Shown here: positions 50,501-62,898 of the stretch, piece after piece
How the letters are laid out: every line of letters begins with the position of its first letter
Position numbering within the stretch: the stretch's first letter is position 1
Source of the DNA: Octopus sinensis
Taxonomy: Eukaryota
Assembly: GCF_006345805.1 (NCBI RefSeq)
Contig: NC_043006.1
Location: 25,234,001-25,298,000, forward strand
DNA: 64,000 nt
Direction of reading: 5' to 3'
Notes under the pieces: model-generated
Told to the model about the DNA's origin: nothing
The model's database searches: none
The model's input: only the letters and a program-made list of their open reading frames with translations
Translations under genes and position numbers: made by a program

Positions 50501-52201
50501 TCATGCAGCCGGTGAAGTTACGTCATCATAATGAAGGATATATCAATCATTGTTACATTCTGACATATTGTCACAATCTGACAACTTGTGTCCTTGTCAC
50601 ATTCTGACAACTGACATCATTGTCACATTCTGATACCTCACATCATTTTCACTTTCTGATATCTCACTTTATTGTTACATTGTCACACTCACATTATTAC
50701 CATATTGTGCACTATTTATTACATTCTGCTATTTCACACAACTATCTCATATAGCTGACTGGCCATTTATAGATTTCTGGTGAAGGACTACACATTAAAT
50801 GTTGCTAGTTACTTCTCCACAAACAATACCAACATATCTAAATTTTGCTTTCTACTGAATTGCTCTTATAAATATACAGACCACAACTAGACTCATTGAA
50901 TGAAATTTCTGTTACCACACTCAAATAAAATCTTAATGTCTCATTCTGTTGACTTATTTATCTTCTACTTCCCTGTTTCAAGCAACAGCAAAGGCATACC
51001 TCCTTATTGCATCGCAGACAAAGAAACAAGGAATGAGTTCCGTAGATTCATGGCCAAATTTCCTGACAAATATGGTTATCGTAAAGCTCAGGTGAGAGAT
51101 TCTTAATACTGATATTTTATATTAATGTAATTCATATTTTAAATTAATAGCTTTTAATTAAATAGAATATTTTACTTTTAAAGCAAAATTTTTCTAAAAT
51201 TCAAATTTTTAGTAACCCAGAGTAAAAACATAACAGTACACATGAATGATTGAAAATATCTTAATCATTACAACTCTTTATGTTTTTTTTTATATATATA
51301 CTAGCAGTATCGCCCGGCGTCGCTCGGGTTTGTAAGGGAAATAACTATATAAGCATTTTTAGAGAGTTACTTCCCTTATATAAACCAAGCAAAAAATGCA
51401 TTAAAGATGCAAAAAAATTATGGTAAATTTTTTTATCATCGTTGACGCGCACTAATACCCAGAAGGGCTCGATATGAATCACGACTATAAGATACCCGCT
51501 TTTGGTTAAACTGCACCGCAAAATGTGGGAGTAGTTAAGAATGTAAATCGGAGGAGACAGACTCTCACACACGCAACTTCAGTTTTATATATAAAGATAT
51601 ACCCATTTCTCCTCAATATGGGTAGGGTGGGCTTTGCTACAACAATTGTTTTTGCAGCTGGAACCTATTTTGTCATTCAAATAACATCAATGAAGCAAGC
51701 AGAGTAATTTTTCTTATAAGAGATGCAAGTTGTGAAATTTGAACTTGTAGTCCTGTGGTCAGTAATCCAAACAGTATGCCTACATCCTTGAAAAATATCT
51801 TAAGAAAAGGGAATGGACAATGAAAGACTTCCTTCTACCCTCTGTTGCTTCTTTTAAGTAAAGATAGCTTCATTCAATGACAGTGGGTTAAGGAAGCTGT
51901 CATAAATACACAATGACATAGATGTATATCTGTACCTACCTATCTACCTACCCATGTACCTACTGCCCTCTTCCCACCCCACCCCAAGTGGACTGGTATC
52001 CTGCTCGGTTGGGAGTATTTAACTCTCACTTGTTTATATACCATGCAGACAAAGACAAGCTCTGACCTCATATGCCTGTAAGCTTCTAACAAACCTGTTT
52101 CCCTTTATATATGTATAATTTACTTTCTCTCTCCAATTTTTCCTTCTCTCCATTTTTTCCTCTCAACCCTTTCTGTTGAAGAGCATAGGCTCAAAACATC
52201 A

Positions 52202-52253
<52 letters not shown>

Positions 52254-55200
52254 TAAAACTCTGACCTATGTTAGTGGATACTTCCAGATTAAAAGACAGA
52301 TTGCACACATATTACCTTTCTCTTCCTGATTCTCTCTATATATATAGTATATACACATATATGTAGGTGCATCTGAGGCTGTGTGATAAGAAGTTTGTTT
52401 CCCATCCACATGCTTCTGGTCACCGTCCTGCTTTGTAGCACTTTGGGGCATGTATATATATATATATATATATACTAGCTGACATACCCAGTAATTCCCA
52501 GGAAAGCATGGCTTATCCTTTGGTTCCGTTTTCATAATTGTTTTGCTAATCCAATAACAACAATACAAAGTATGTAGCCCTTAAAACAGTTTTTGTACAT
52601 TTACAGAGAATACTGAACTGTCTTACACAGGATCTTGTTTTTAGGAATTCCCAATAAGTTATGAATACCCAAATTGTGAAGTCAGTTATGTAATAACAGG
52701 AAATTAATTACCCGATAGTAAGAATTAAAATAAAGTAGCCCCGAAAAGGGCTTTAATGCATGTCCAGAGTGTATAAAACATAGGAGGAAATACTAATAAG
52801 GTATGTATACTAAAATCGTGAAGCATGTTATGTAATAACAGGCTAATCAGATATGCAATAATAATAATTCAAAGTAAATAACTATGGAAAGGGCTTTTGT
52901 GTATTCCCAGAGAATATTACCTTCAGGGGTGCTAGTGTTGGTATATTCGTGAATAAGTCACTAACCAAAATAAGTGGATCTATTGTTTAGGAAAATGCTA
53001 TTTACTTGTTTAAGGGTTGCTGTAAGAAATAAGCATACTCAATTTCATTTTTACCAAATAATTTAGGAAAATGAATGGGTTATTTCCCTTGACTATATAT
53101 AAGGACCCCTTCCAGGGGCGAATGGGTTATTTCCCTTGGTTTTTGATGTAAAATATATTAGGTATATATAAGGATCCCTTCTAGGGCCTTATTATCGATT
53201 TTTTTTTTCAACAATCTGAGTATGCCATGAGTTCTACTCACGTGTCAAGTTTCATTAAAATCAATAAAACAATGTAGGAGGAGTTAGCTAACAACTCCAC
53301 AAACACAACCACAGACAGAATTTCCCACATATGTAGTAGATATATGTGTGTATGTATGTATGTAACCAAAGATGCAGAAACAACAAACTCTGAAGGAATT
53401 TAAAGGTAACTTAAACCAAGTGTAGGGTAAGAAATCAATGAATCAGGTACTCCATGCTCACATGGCCTGTGTGAGCATGCAGTAAATAGTCAATTCAAAT
53501 AACTGAATAAAATGAATGGACAACAAGAGGATGTGTACATGGAATGTGTTAGCTTGATGCTCAGTAAAAAGAGAGTGACATTTCGAGCATAGTTCTTTGC
53601 CAGAAAGGAGAAAGGGAAAAGTTCAAAGAAAGAAAAGAAAGCACATGTGTAGTAACATTGCTGAAGTGGCCAGAAATAGAAAAAGACAGAGAAAGTGTTT
53701 TTTTTTTTGGGGGGGGGGGTTGCAAAAATGGCCAGTGTGTGTGTGTATGGTAGTATCTGTGTGCATGTGTTTGAGTTAACAAGCAGGTTAGTAGCTGCTG
53801 TTTCAGTCAGAGGAAGTGAAAAGTGGGTGGGTGTGGTTGTGTATATATATATGTGTTTGCATATGTGCGTATGACAGTGTGAATGTGTGTATGCTTGTGT
53901 GTATGAGTGCGTGTCTGTACCTATATCATCATCATTTAACGTCCACATTCCTTGTTGGCATTGGTTGGACAGTTTGACTGAAAAATAGTAAGCTGAGGAG
54001 CTGCATCAAGTTCCTGTGTGATTTGGCAAGATTTCTACAGTTGGATGCCCTTCCTAATGCCAACCACTCTTGAGTGTAGTGGGTGCCTTTTATGTTCCAC
54101 TGGCACAGGTGCCAGTTACAAAAGACCAGCATCGGCCATGACTGTGATCTCATTTGGCTTGACAGGTCTTCTCAAACACGGTATATCGTCAAAAGTCTCA
54201 GTCATTTGTCACTGCGTCCATATCTCAGCTGTTTTAATTTATAGAAAAGCACCCACTGTGATCATGAAGAAATTCTTTTTTTCATATGTTTCTTCCTCTC
54301 TTTCCATGCATCAAATTCATTGGACAGCTGATAACAGTGTATCTTATGACCGTGGCCTTATCTGCTGATAGCCTCTAAAAAAATATCCATCCAGATAAAC
54401 TGGCAATAATATTTCCAAACACAGAAAACAAATGTCTATGAGGTCAAAATGTCTCCACAACACAACCGCAATTTTTAATGTTATGTCAAATGCCCCATTC
54501 ACAGTTTATGCTAAGACGCATTTTCCAGTTGTTACAAATTCATCTTATCTGCAAAACATTTTCACATTGATTTACTATTGGAACATCCCTTCTCTTACAT
54601 GTGTTATGATTACAAGTCAACGTATTTTCAATTGGTGAAGCGAAGTTTGATGATATATTGTAAATAAATGTTAAAAATTACCAGCCACACCTGGCCTCCG
54701 TGCCGGTGGCACGTAAAAGGCACCATCTGATCGTGGCCGTTTGCCAGCCTTGTCTGGCACCTGTGCCGGTGGCACATAAAAAGCACTCACTACACTCATG
54801 GAGTGGTTGGTGTTAGGAAGGGCATCCAGCCGTAGAAACATTGCCAGATCAGACTGGGCCTGGTGCAGCCTTCTGGCTTCCCAGATCCCAGTTGCACCGT
54901 CCAACCCATGCCAGCATGGAAAGCGGACGCTAAACGATGATGATGATGATGATGTTATGGAATACTGAAATACCTTTCAACAACTTTTTTTGTAAGGAAA
55001 ATGGGCATTACAATAGATACCAGTATGTGCCTTAAGAATACATTTGAGCATCGTACAGACCGAGTTAAAGGCCAGGAGGCCCACTAGTGTATACTATATA
55101 TATGTTATTTATATTATTATACACATGTTCAGGCATTGTTACTTGGTTAAGATATTTATTTGACAATGACATGGATTCAGATTCATTTCTGCTGGGTGGT

Positions 55201-58200
55201 ACTGTAGAGAACTACCTCTGCTGTTTCCTCAGGTTGACCAATTAGAAATGAAAATGATAAAGAGAAAGTGTAGAGAAGTCCACCATATGTGTTTGTGTGT
55301 GTGTGTGTGAATATATTGATATGAATATTCACATATTCTGAGGGTCAGTGCTGAGATAGACAATGGGCAAAAATTTTGAATTTTTAATGTTATGTCAAAT
55401 GTTCATGAGTTTATATCTGCTATAGTTACTTTCCTTTGTTGCTTAGAAAATTATTTATTCTACTTTAACTGATTTTCCCAACCAGAAACATGTTACCATT
55501 ATCCTATCTGGGGAAACAGAGAAAGAAGGAGAGAAAGTTTGAAGGATGAACTTAGATAATTTATTCATTGAAATGCAAAAAGCCTAGCTGATCAGAGCTG
55601 GAATATATTTAATCATAATTCTGCTCAGTCAGGTTGATGTGTGTTGTACAACAATAACAATTCAGGAATATGCATCTTCTAAACTGGTAGTTAACCAAGT
55701 TCAGTCTACCCTGTTACCTCACAGTTATGTGATCACATAACAAACATAAAAACACCATAGCTAGGTGTTCTGTAATCATCATCATCGTTTAGCATCCGCT
55801 GGCATGGGTTGGACAGTGCAACTGGGGTCTGGGAAGCCAGAAGGCTGCACCAGGCCCAGTCTGATCTGGCAATGTTTCTACAGCTGGATGCCCTTCCTAA
55901 TGCCAACCACTCCATGCGTGCCAGACGAGGCTGGCAAACGGCCACGATTGGATGGTGCTTTTTACGTGCCACCGGCACGGAGGACAGGCGAGGCTGGCAA
56001 ACGGCCACGATCGAATGGTGCTTTTTACGTGCCACTGACACGGAAGTCAGTCGGGGCAACGCTGGCCACATAGAATAAATTATATACATGCAACCAACTG
56101 TCTGACAAGCCAAACAGGGACCCTGCATTAATTATTGTACTTATCAAAAGTGATGTCATTTCTCATGAACCAAAAAAAAAAAGATATCCTTCATACAACT
56201 CTATTATCCTCATCAATTTTATTTGATGAATGTTTTACTGTGGCACCCTCTTCATTTTGTCAAGTCCTGACCGGGAGGAAATATTGTCCATAATAGAATC
56301 CAAATTTTGGTTAGTGTCTAATTGTTTTAGCATTCTAATACTTCTGCATCATTCAGCTGTTTACTGGCTACTGTAAATGTCTTAAGATAGTATGTCACCA
56401 TACTAAGAATTCTGGTTTTTTTTTGGTTTTTTTGTAATGACTCTTTCTTGTGTTGCATTTAACTTCTTTTCTTTTTATTTCTAGATTCCTAGTCCATTGA
56501 CCCCTGCACTAGAGGCTGAAAAGAAACAGAAAGATTCAATTAAAAAGAAAGTCAAACAGCAGCGTTTGAAAGTAAAAACAATCATATTCTTACTTAAACT
56601 CTTTTAGTTTGTTTGAAGCTATAGCTAGATAAAAAAAACAGCTTTAACAAAGTCCTAATCATAAATTGCCAAACTTGTAGAGAAGTGCCATGAAAAATAA
56701 GCCATACAAACCATAATTTAAAAAGTAAAGAAAGGTACAACAATACTGGATAAAGAGGAAACTAAGTTTATTCAACATTTCATGTTTTATTCCCCCAGGG
56801 GTCATTGAAAGAATCATTAAAGCTGAATTCATTTATTAAAAGAAATTCATTTTTCTTACTTTTGGAATTCTCTTTCTTATAACTATTGTATCTGCAATCA
56901 CATTTTGTTTAGACATATATTCACTGTCCAATCTTATAGTCATCCTCAAGTTAAATTTGATTCATTTTCGCTTTATTCACCATTATAGTGGTTTTCCTTA
57001 CTCTTCTTAGCTTCTAGCAGCAAACACTTGACATTTACTGGAGATTATGCATTATACTAGTGGCTAAAATACATTTTAGTCTCCCTTCGTTTTAATCTGA
57101 TTTACTTGATTACAATGTATGTTTCAGATAAAACTGTAAAGTAACACATTCTGTTGTGTCTGGGGAGAGTCATTCTCTTTTAGTGCCTTATGAATATGCT
57201 TCAACACACGAACTCATATGAAGAATCTTGCAAACCAAATCCAAAAACGAAATGTAAAGTAACAAATATATAGATAATAAAAGAAAAAAATACACTTCAC
57301 ATGCATTTTGACTATGTTTAAATTAAAGCAAGTATAGAAGTGAAACAATTTCTTAATCTTAAATACAAACAACTGAAACAACATTAAAATTTGATTGTTA
57401 ACCTTGAGAGACCCTTGGTGCACAAAAGCATACACATAAGATCATAGCAGATGGAATTTGTCTGTCATGGGTACCAGAATTCTCATATTATGTGATTTTG
57501 GTTTATTGGACCTCTACATGCCAGCCAAATCTAGTTGCCATGATATGTATAATGTCAGCATTTTTTCAAACTCTGTGCTGCAAATAGCGAGTAGGGTTAT
57601 TAAAAATTGTTAGTGATGGAAGCAGTATTGGTGCCAAAAGGTAATCATTATATCTAACTTAAAATGGATGATGTGTTAGAACACCAAATACTGCATTATT
57701 AGTCACTGAGGAGATCCAATAGATCAAAGTCACATGAAATGGCAGTTCTGGTACTCATGACAATATATCCTTTTCTTATTTTGGTATGGTAGGATGTTTG
57801 ATTTTGAAGAAAATTCAGCTGCTATTTCTAGTACCTCTAACAGCCACATGGAGGCTCTTTATTGCTTAAAATTTTTATTGTTGTATTCTGCTAGCTGAAA
57901 ATGAAAGATCCACATTGAAATATTTTTCAGGAAAGAAGATCTATTAACAAGCAAAGAGAAGCTTCTATTCAAGAGAACAACTTGAAACAGCAAGAACAGA
58001 AATTGGAAGCGCTTCGTTTCAAAAATCTCTCTGAACGAGAAAAGGTAACACAATACATATTATACCCTGCACTAATTAACTAATTATTCCCAAGAAGATA
58101 ATTAGCTAATGTTAATTCACTCTAAGAGTTACATTTTAAGAATACTTGGAAAGAGGTCTCTTTTAAAGTATAGGCAATGCTAATTTTATTTAAGCTCTTG

Positions 58201-61200
58201 CAATTAATATAATTAAACCAAATCTGTTTAATTAATGAAAACATCTCTAAAGAACTCTTGTTAACTAAGTACATATCCATGGTGAGCTAATGCAGATAGA
58301 AAAATATCAGAATTAATTCTTACTACTAACAACTTCTATCTGTGAGTTGCGATCCACAACCTGTATTAGTCGATTAGTCTTTCATCAATAAAATATGAAC
58401 CAATTAATCAAAAGTTGGAGGAATCACTTTGGCATAAGAGTACTGAACTGACTGATAATTCTTTCATAACAGCCACTAAATAATAGAATTAGGATATAAA
58501 CAAACTACTTCCCTTTTTGATGGAAGTGGCAACAAGCCTCGATAAAAGCAAGAAATAAAAATAGAGGTAAATTATGAACATTCTGAAAAAAGTTATTCAT
58601 ACAAGACATGTAACATTGTCTTTAAGAGTTTATTTATATTATAATCCTTTTTGAAGCACTATTAAATTAAACAAGCTATGAAATCAACCCAAGCCAAATG
58701 CAATATATTTATGTAGAAAAGTAGTAACTGAGATGAACACCTCAAATAGTGTGTAGTAATGTAGTAAAAATACTTAAGATCAATCTTTATGTTGAACAAT
58801 TTTATTTTTCACATCATAGTAATCTTCCTAAAATTCACTTTTAAATGGAAATTCAAATGAAGCAAATTTTCAGCTGAGCTTGTTTAAGAAGGTAGTGACA
58901 GTGTTTAAAAATCCTTTAGAAGAAAAGAAATCTATTTATGAATTCCAGTAATTAAAAATATTAAATATATTTTTTGTTGAGTTTTCTTTGATTTAAAAAA
59001 CAAATAATTTATCTTAAATTTAAAATATTTCCAGAGAGCTCTTGCAGCTGAACGCCGAATCTTGGATGCAAAAGAGTCTGATGAAGAGAAACCTGTTTTT
59101 AGGTATTTTATATTATATTTAGCATGTTGAGAGCTTCTATCTTCGTTGGCAACTAAGGGCCTTTCCCTCAGAGTGAAAGGTAGATTGTATGATACCTGTA
59201 TGTGTACAGCTATGCTCCATAGCAGTGAAACATGAGCTTTGACTACAGAGGACTTACAAAGGCTTGAAAGAAATTATGCTAGCATGCTTCACTGGATGGG
59301 TGATGTCAGTGTGCACACATGACAGAGTGTAAATGATTTAAAAGGAAAACTGGGTGTAAGAGGCATTAGATGTGTGCAGGAGAAAAGACTGCATTGGTTT
59401 GGTTCTGTGATACATATGGATGAGGACAGCTGCATAAAGAAGTTCTGAGCAGTAATTGTAGAGGGAACTTGTGGATGTGGTAGACCCAGGAAGATTTGGG
59501 ACAAAGTGGTAAGAAAGGATTTTCGGATGCTGGGCCTCACTGAGGAAATGACAAGGGACTGGGAGTTGTGGAAATTTGCTGTACTTGAAAAACCATGCCA
59601 AGATAAGTAAAATCACTGTCACCTAAACATATAGGCTTGTCCTTTACAGGTGCCAGTGCCATATAAGATGCACTCATGCTGGTGCTGTGTAAATGCGCCC
59701 AGTGCACTTTGTAAAGTGGTTAGCATTGGGAAGAGCATCCAGAAACCATGCCACAACAGACAATTGGAGTCCTCACTGGACAGCTTCCATGTCAAACCAT
59801 CCAACCCATTGCAGCATGGAAAATGGATGTTAAATGATGATGTATTATTACATCCATCTAGTATTAGATTGAAAAGAAAGTCTTGTTGCATTTCAGGAGG
59901 AGAAAGACATTTTTATTCCAGATAATATTTCCCTTCATTATTTTGCAAATTGTTGGAATTTTGGGTGTAAAATTCTTCAGATTTCCGAAGTGAAGAAATA
60001 GTCACTGTCATTTTTAACCTGTACACAATTAATAAACTGTTTTTTTCTCTAAATAATGTTGCAAGGATCTGGAAAGATGATTGACACCCTTCACATCCCA
60101 TCAAACATGGAGCATAACTTTTTCAGATGTGGGTCTGGTTTGGGGAATGATTTTCCTTTTTCCTTGAGTGCTTGCCATTGGCATTTTTGTTGGATATGAT
60201 TAAAGAGAACTCACTTTTCATAACTTGGGATGATTTTCCCTGGAAAAGTAAAGGACAACTCTTTGATTAAGCTGAGGAGCAGCCAGATGATGAGGAACTC
60301 ATTACCCAACATTAGACACTTTGGATCTTTTCCTTTTGAACAGCAGACAATTTCTAGTTAACTAAACACTTTAAAACTTCGTATACTGGTAGAATGTGTC
60401 AAAATAAATCATTTTTTTCTCTTGGCTTTCTTGAGAAAATTGTAATTTGTTTGTTTAACGTAGTTTAATTTTTCGAATTTTAACCAATCCTATGCTCTCT
60501 TTTGAGCTAAAATCATTTGCTGCATTTAAAACTGAGACAACATCCTGTAACTAACCCTAAACCTCCTCCCAACCCTAAATTTTTTTTCTTAATTGTTAAA
60601 TTAATTTAATTGTTACGCGTGTAAAAAAAACTAAAGCAATGGAATTAAATTAACTTAACAATTAAGAAAAAAAAATTAGGGTTAGGGTTAGTGGGGAGGT
60701 CTAGGGTTAGTTACAGGATGTTGTCTCAGTTTTAGACGCAGCAAATGATTTTAGTTCAATGGAGGTAATCGATTGATTAAAATTGCCGAAATGCTCGGAT
60801 TTTCAGACGAAATATCTTACAAACTATAGAATTTTCTCAATAAAACCGAGAGAAAAAGATGTTTTATAAACACATTCTACCAGTATGCGAAGTTTAAAAG
60901 TGTTTAGTTAACTAGAAATTGTGTTGACATCTGCCATTCAAAAGGAAAAGATCCGACACTTTTCCTACTTCATGAAGGTGTCTTTGATTGAAGTGTGACT
61001 TGAACTGTTTTGCTAATCCTCATTCAGCTTTCTTTAGTTTTTCCTCAACTACAGTTTTCAGAAGCTCAGTATTGGCAGAACTTAGTCATACAGATTGAGG
61101 AGAATATGCCAGAGAAAATGTCCAGACACTTGAAGCTTCATTTCCATAAGCAACACAAATACTCCTCGCTGCTTCCATTGCTAAAGAACCCCTTTTGAAT

Positions 61201-62504
61201 TCATTTAGCATGCAGTGACTGATGTGGGTGTGATTTAAACTCATTTTAAAAGGGTAAAATTAATATAAATTTAACCCCTATGGTATAAAATAATCTGAAA
61301 AGAAAGGAAAAAGCATTTGAATATGAAAATTAAAGCTTATTTTTTATAAGTGTCAAAAATGTACCATCAAAGTGATCATGTCAAAAATTGACAGGTCAAA
61401 TTGCTGGAACACACTCATTAAATCTAAACCTTACGACTTTAGACATTCACTGTCTGTCTAGATAACAAACAGATCACATGGTAATATGGTTAGCAGTAGG
61501 CAAGGTGTCTATCTAAAACAATTTTTGCAAAGATACACAAATTCCCACATATAGGTGTAGGAGTGGTTGTGTCGTAAGTAGCTTGTTTACCAACCACACG
61601 GTTCTGGGTTCAGTCCCACTGCGTGGCACCTTGGGCAAGTGTCTGCTACTATAGCCTCGGGCCGACCAAAGCCTTGTGAGTGGATTTGGTCTCTTTACTT
61701 AGCGGTTTGGCAAAAGGGACCGATAGAATAAGTACTAGGCTTACAAAGAATAAGTCCTGGGGTCGATTTGCTCGACTAAAAAAGGCGGTGCTCCAGCATG
61801 GCTGCAGTCAAATGACTGAAACAAGTAAAAGAGTAAGAGTATATGCAAACACCATCTGACTATGACTGAAAGGATTTCAAGTAATGAAAAGATATATTTG
61901 TGTATGTCTGTGTAGTTGAGGTATTATGTTGTTATCCAAGAAATTTCTTAGCTATCTTCATTCAAATCCTTTTCCAGATGTTAAATTGGATAAGAATAAT
62001 GCATCTATTTAGATGTATACTATCTATTATAATTTGCCCACACATTGTAAACTAGCCTTGAGTGACTCAAAAATTAATTACCAAAAATGGGACTTAGACT
62101 TTGTAAGCCCAAGTGAATTATCAGTATCAAGTTTAGTCATTCACAGTTCTGTTGAACATTATTTTATCTTATATTTGCTCTTTGCCAGCCCAAACCAGTT
62201 AAGCTGCAATAAGTGTCTCTATACATAACAATTTATTGTTATTTAAGCCAGATCTTAACAGAGCTTTCGAGTAATACTCTGTTCATCAAACAATGGCATA
62301 ATCACATTAAAAGATAATTCACATAACCATCCATTTGAATGAAGTTCTGAACAAACCTGACATTTTTTTTTTCTTTTCTTTTCCAGCCGGTGCTCACAAT
62401 GTCAATGTAATATCAGTGGACTGGTCCCTTTTGAATATTACAATTTCAGATTCTGTACACCAAAATGCCTTAAGGATCACCGTTTGAAATCAAAGACCAG
62501 CTGA
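32006..62504 (+). CDS. ANKZF1: Ankyrin repeat and zinc finger domain-containing protein 1 (Vms1/ANKZF1, peptidyl-tRNA endonuclease of ribosome quality control); 15 coding exons, about 861 aa, apparent 1-nt frameshift in exon 8
   Basis: Exons 32006-32210, 33397-33488, 35403-35499, 37455-37711, 38090-38205, 39237-39384, 40083-40305, 41105-41328, 41602-41772, 42309-42864, 50983-51091, 56485-56571, 57931-58044, 59035-59102 and 62387-62504. They encode the C2H2 finger ([12 protein letters not shown]), the VLRF1 domain ([34 protein letters not shown]), ankyrin repeats, a coiled coil, the RALAAERR motif and a C-terminal CxxC..FCxxxC..H finger. Confidence 0.95.
32293..32706 (+). mobile_element. Non-autonomous Helitron-like element
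   Basis: A|TC start; 3' hairpin CGGTAATTTATTACCG followed by CTAG|T. Confidence 0.7.
33397..33488 (+). CDS. ANKZF1: ANKZF1 coding exon 2
   Basis: [31 protein letters not shown]. Confidence 0.9.
34580..34799. mobile_element. piggyBac-like MITE inserted in an old RTE remnant (about 34030-35000)
   Basis: TTAA-CCCTTTTGTTAC...GTAACGAAAGGG-TTAA. Confidence 0.8.
35403..35499 (+). CDS. ANKZF1: ANKZF1 coding exon 3
   Basis: [32 protein letters not shown]. Confidence 0.95.
36469..36963 (+). mobile_element. LTR retrotransposon 5' remnant: LTR, PBS and gag start
   Basis: LTR TGTTGTAT...ATATAACA (36469-36728), then TC-TGGTGAC PBS-like site; Gln-rich gag start [12 protein letters not shown]...[16 protein letters not shown]. 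Confidence 0.7.
37455..37711 (+). CDS. ANKZF1: ANKZF1 coding exon 4
   Basis: [16 protein letters not shown]...[24 protein letters not shown]; GTGAGT donor. Confidence 0.93.
38090..38205 (+). CDS. ANKZF1: ANKZF1 coding exon 5
   Basis: [38 protein letters not shown]. Confidence 0.92.
38593..38979 (-). mobile_element. tRNA-derived SINE
   Basis: Reverse-complement copy of 24540-24953. Confidence 0.85.
39237..39384 (+). CDS. ANKZF1: ANKZF1 coding exon 6 (catalytic loop with conserved Gln)
   Basis: [50 protein letters not shown]. Confidence 0.97.
39389..39580. mobile_element. Helentron/HINE-like repeat end
   Basis: TTATTACCTCCGCC-ttaacgaa-GGCGGAGGT hairpin followed by (GTTT)n and ATATCTCAAGAAC...ATGAAACTT. 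Confidence 0.6.
40083..40305 (+). CDS. ANKZF1: ANKZF1 coding exon 7
   Basis: [24 protein letters not shown]...[30 protein letters not shown]. Confidence 0.96.
41105..41328 (+). CDS. ANKZF1: ANKZF1 coding exon 8 (frameshift in A-run near 41240)
   Basis: [15 protein letters not shown]...LCD, then one extra A is needed to read [30 protein letters not shown] up to the GTAAGT donor. Confidence 0.75.
41602..41772 (+). CDS. ANKZF1: ANKZF1 coding exon 9
   Basis: [23 protein letters not shown]...PATKGS; phase 1 at both ends. Confidence 0.75.
42309..42864 (+). CDS. ANKZF1: ANKZF1 coding exon 10 (ankyrin repeats)
   Basis: [12 protein letters not shown]...[27 protein letters not shown]. Confidence 0.93.
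43719..46100 (+). mobile_element. 5'-truncated RTE-clade LINE with 3' UTR and (GAT)n tail
   Basis: RT motifs ([33 protein letters not shown]), Cys-rich insert, C-terminal [14 protein letters not shown], then 3' UTR ending GATGATGAT. Confidence 0.93.
46670..47210 (+). mobile_element. Tc1-like transposase 3' remnant
   Basis: [29 protein letters not shown]; ends in TIR-like GGTGTTTCCATTATTTTGTCC. Confidence 0.85.
47888..48108. mobile_element. piggyBac-like MITE (reverse copy of 29172-29392)
   Basis: CCCTTTAG...CTAAAGGG with TTAT on both sides. Confidence 0.75.
48400..49216. repeat. 26-bp minisatellite (ACATCATTGTCACATTCTGACAACTT variants), left part
   Basis: About 30 tandem units; array resumes at 50546-50730. 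Confidence 0.95.
49217..50545 (+). mobile_element. Non-autonomous LTR element (TRIM/LARD-like) inserted in the minisatellite
   Basis: LTRs 49217-49351 (internally deleted) and 49968-50545, both TG..CA; PPT AAAGGGGGAGG at 49957-49967; 5-bp TSD ATCAT; no coding capacity seen. Confidence 0.85.
50983..51091 (+). CDS. ANKZF1: ANKZF1 coding exon 11
   Basis: [37 protein letters not shown]. Confidence 0.95.
51301..51597 (-). mobile_element. Non-autonomous Helitron-like element
   Basis: Minus strand A|TC start; 3' hairpin CCCGAGCGACGCCGGG then CTAG|T. Confidence 0.75.
52475..53340 (-). mobile_element. Non-autonomous Helitron-like element
   Basis: Minus strand A|TCTACTAC start and GTCAGCTAG|T end; weak subterminal hairpin. 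Confidence 0.6.
53925..54215 (-). mobile_element. RTE 3' end copy
   Basis: Homologous to 45640-46100; (GAT)n tail. Confidence 0.75.
54680..54953 (+). mobile_element. RTE 3' end copy
   Basis: GGAAAGCGGACGCTAAACGATGATGAT tail. Confidence 0.8.
55775..56070 (-). mobile_element. RTE 3' end copy, inverted relative to 54680-54953
   Basis: Reverse-complement homology to the same repeat. Confidence 0.8.
56485..56571 (+). CDS. ANKZF1: ANKZF1 coding exon 12
   Basis: [29 protein letters not shown]. Confidence 0.92.
57147..57252. mobile_element. Short insertion with 12-bp TSD (same family as 8992-9198)
   Basis: TSD TGTAAAGTAACA at 57135-57146 and 57253-57264. Confidence 0.65.
57931..58044 (+). CDS. 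ANKZF1: ANKZF1 coding exon 13 (coiled coil)
   Basis: [38 protein letters not shown]. Confidence 0.93.
59035..59102 (+). CDS. ANKZF1: ANKZF1 coding exon 14 (VCP/Cdc48-interacting motif region)
   Basis: [22 protein letters not shown]. Confidence 0.94.
59135..59842 (+). mobile_element. Decayed RTE LINE 3' portion
   Basis: Homologous to 45190-46100 ([16 protein letters not shown]...). Confidence 0.8.
60323..60954. mobile_element. Merlin-like MITE, palindromic subfamily, copy 4
   Basis: GGATCTTTTCCTTTTGAA / TTCAAAAGGAAAAGATCC termini; 8-bp TSD GACACTTT; inverted CCCTAA and TTAGGG blocks. Confidence 0.88.
61553..61840 (+). mobile_element. tRNA-derived SINE (internally deleted)
   Basis: Homologous to 24540-24953. 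Confidence 0.85.
62387..62504 (+). CDS. ANKZF1: ANKZF1 last coding exon (C-terminal zinc finger, stop TGA)
   Basis: [39 protein letters not shown]. Confidence 0.95.
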
Positions 62505-62613
62505 TTGCAGCTTTAATGGAGAGAAAAAAAATTCTGCTTCTGGTTTTTGAGTCCATAAATGATAACCACTTAAATCTTAGTTTTAAAAAAATAGATAAAA
62601 TACTTCTGAACTG

Positions 62614-62619
62614 AATAAA
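62614..62619 (+). promoter_or_regulatory. Candidate ANKZF1 polyadenylation signal
   Basis: AATAAA about 110 nt after the stop codon; the region is AT-rich, so this could be chance. Confidence 0.35.
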
Positions 62620-62867
62620 TCGTAAATTTGGAACAATTGAAATATGGTGAAAATGTATTAAAAACCTGACATTAGCGTTCTCAAGACCTATGCATCATAT
62701 CTGAAAATTGTTCATCTTTGTTATTTCAGTGTTATAAAATCCTTGACAGTAGTTCATAATTACAATTTTCTATACAAATTATGACTTGCTGATCAATATC
62801 AAGATAAAATCTTGTAAAAAGTTTTGATTGTAATCTCTTAAAAGATTTTTTTAAAGTTTTGACTAGT

Positions 62868-62898
<31 letters not shown>

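Noticed and set aside
52170-52205. Minimal hammerhead ribozyme (TTGAAGAGCATAGGCTCAAAAC)
   Set aside because: Both catalytic boxes deviate (TTGA for CTGA, AAAA for GAAA) and the stems cannot be completed; at most a decayed remnant.
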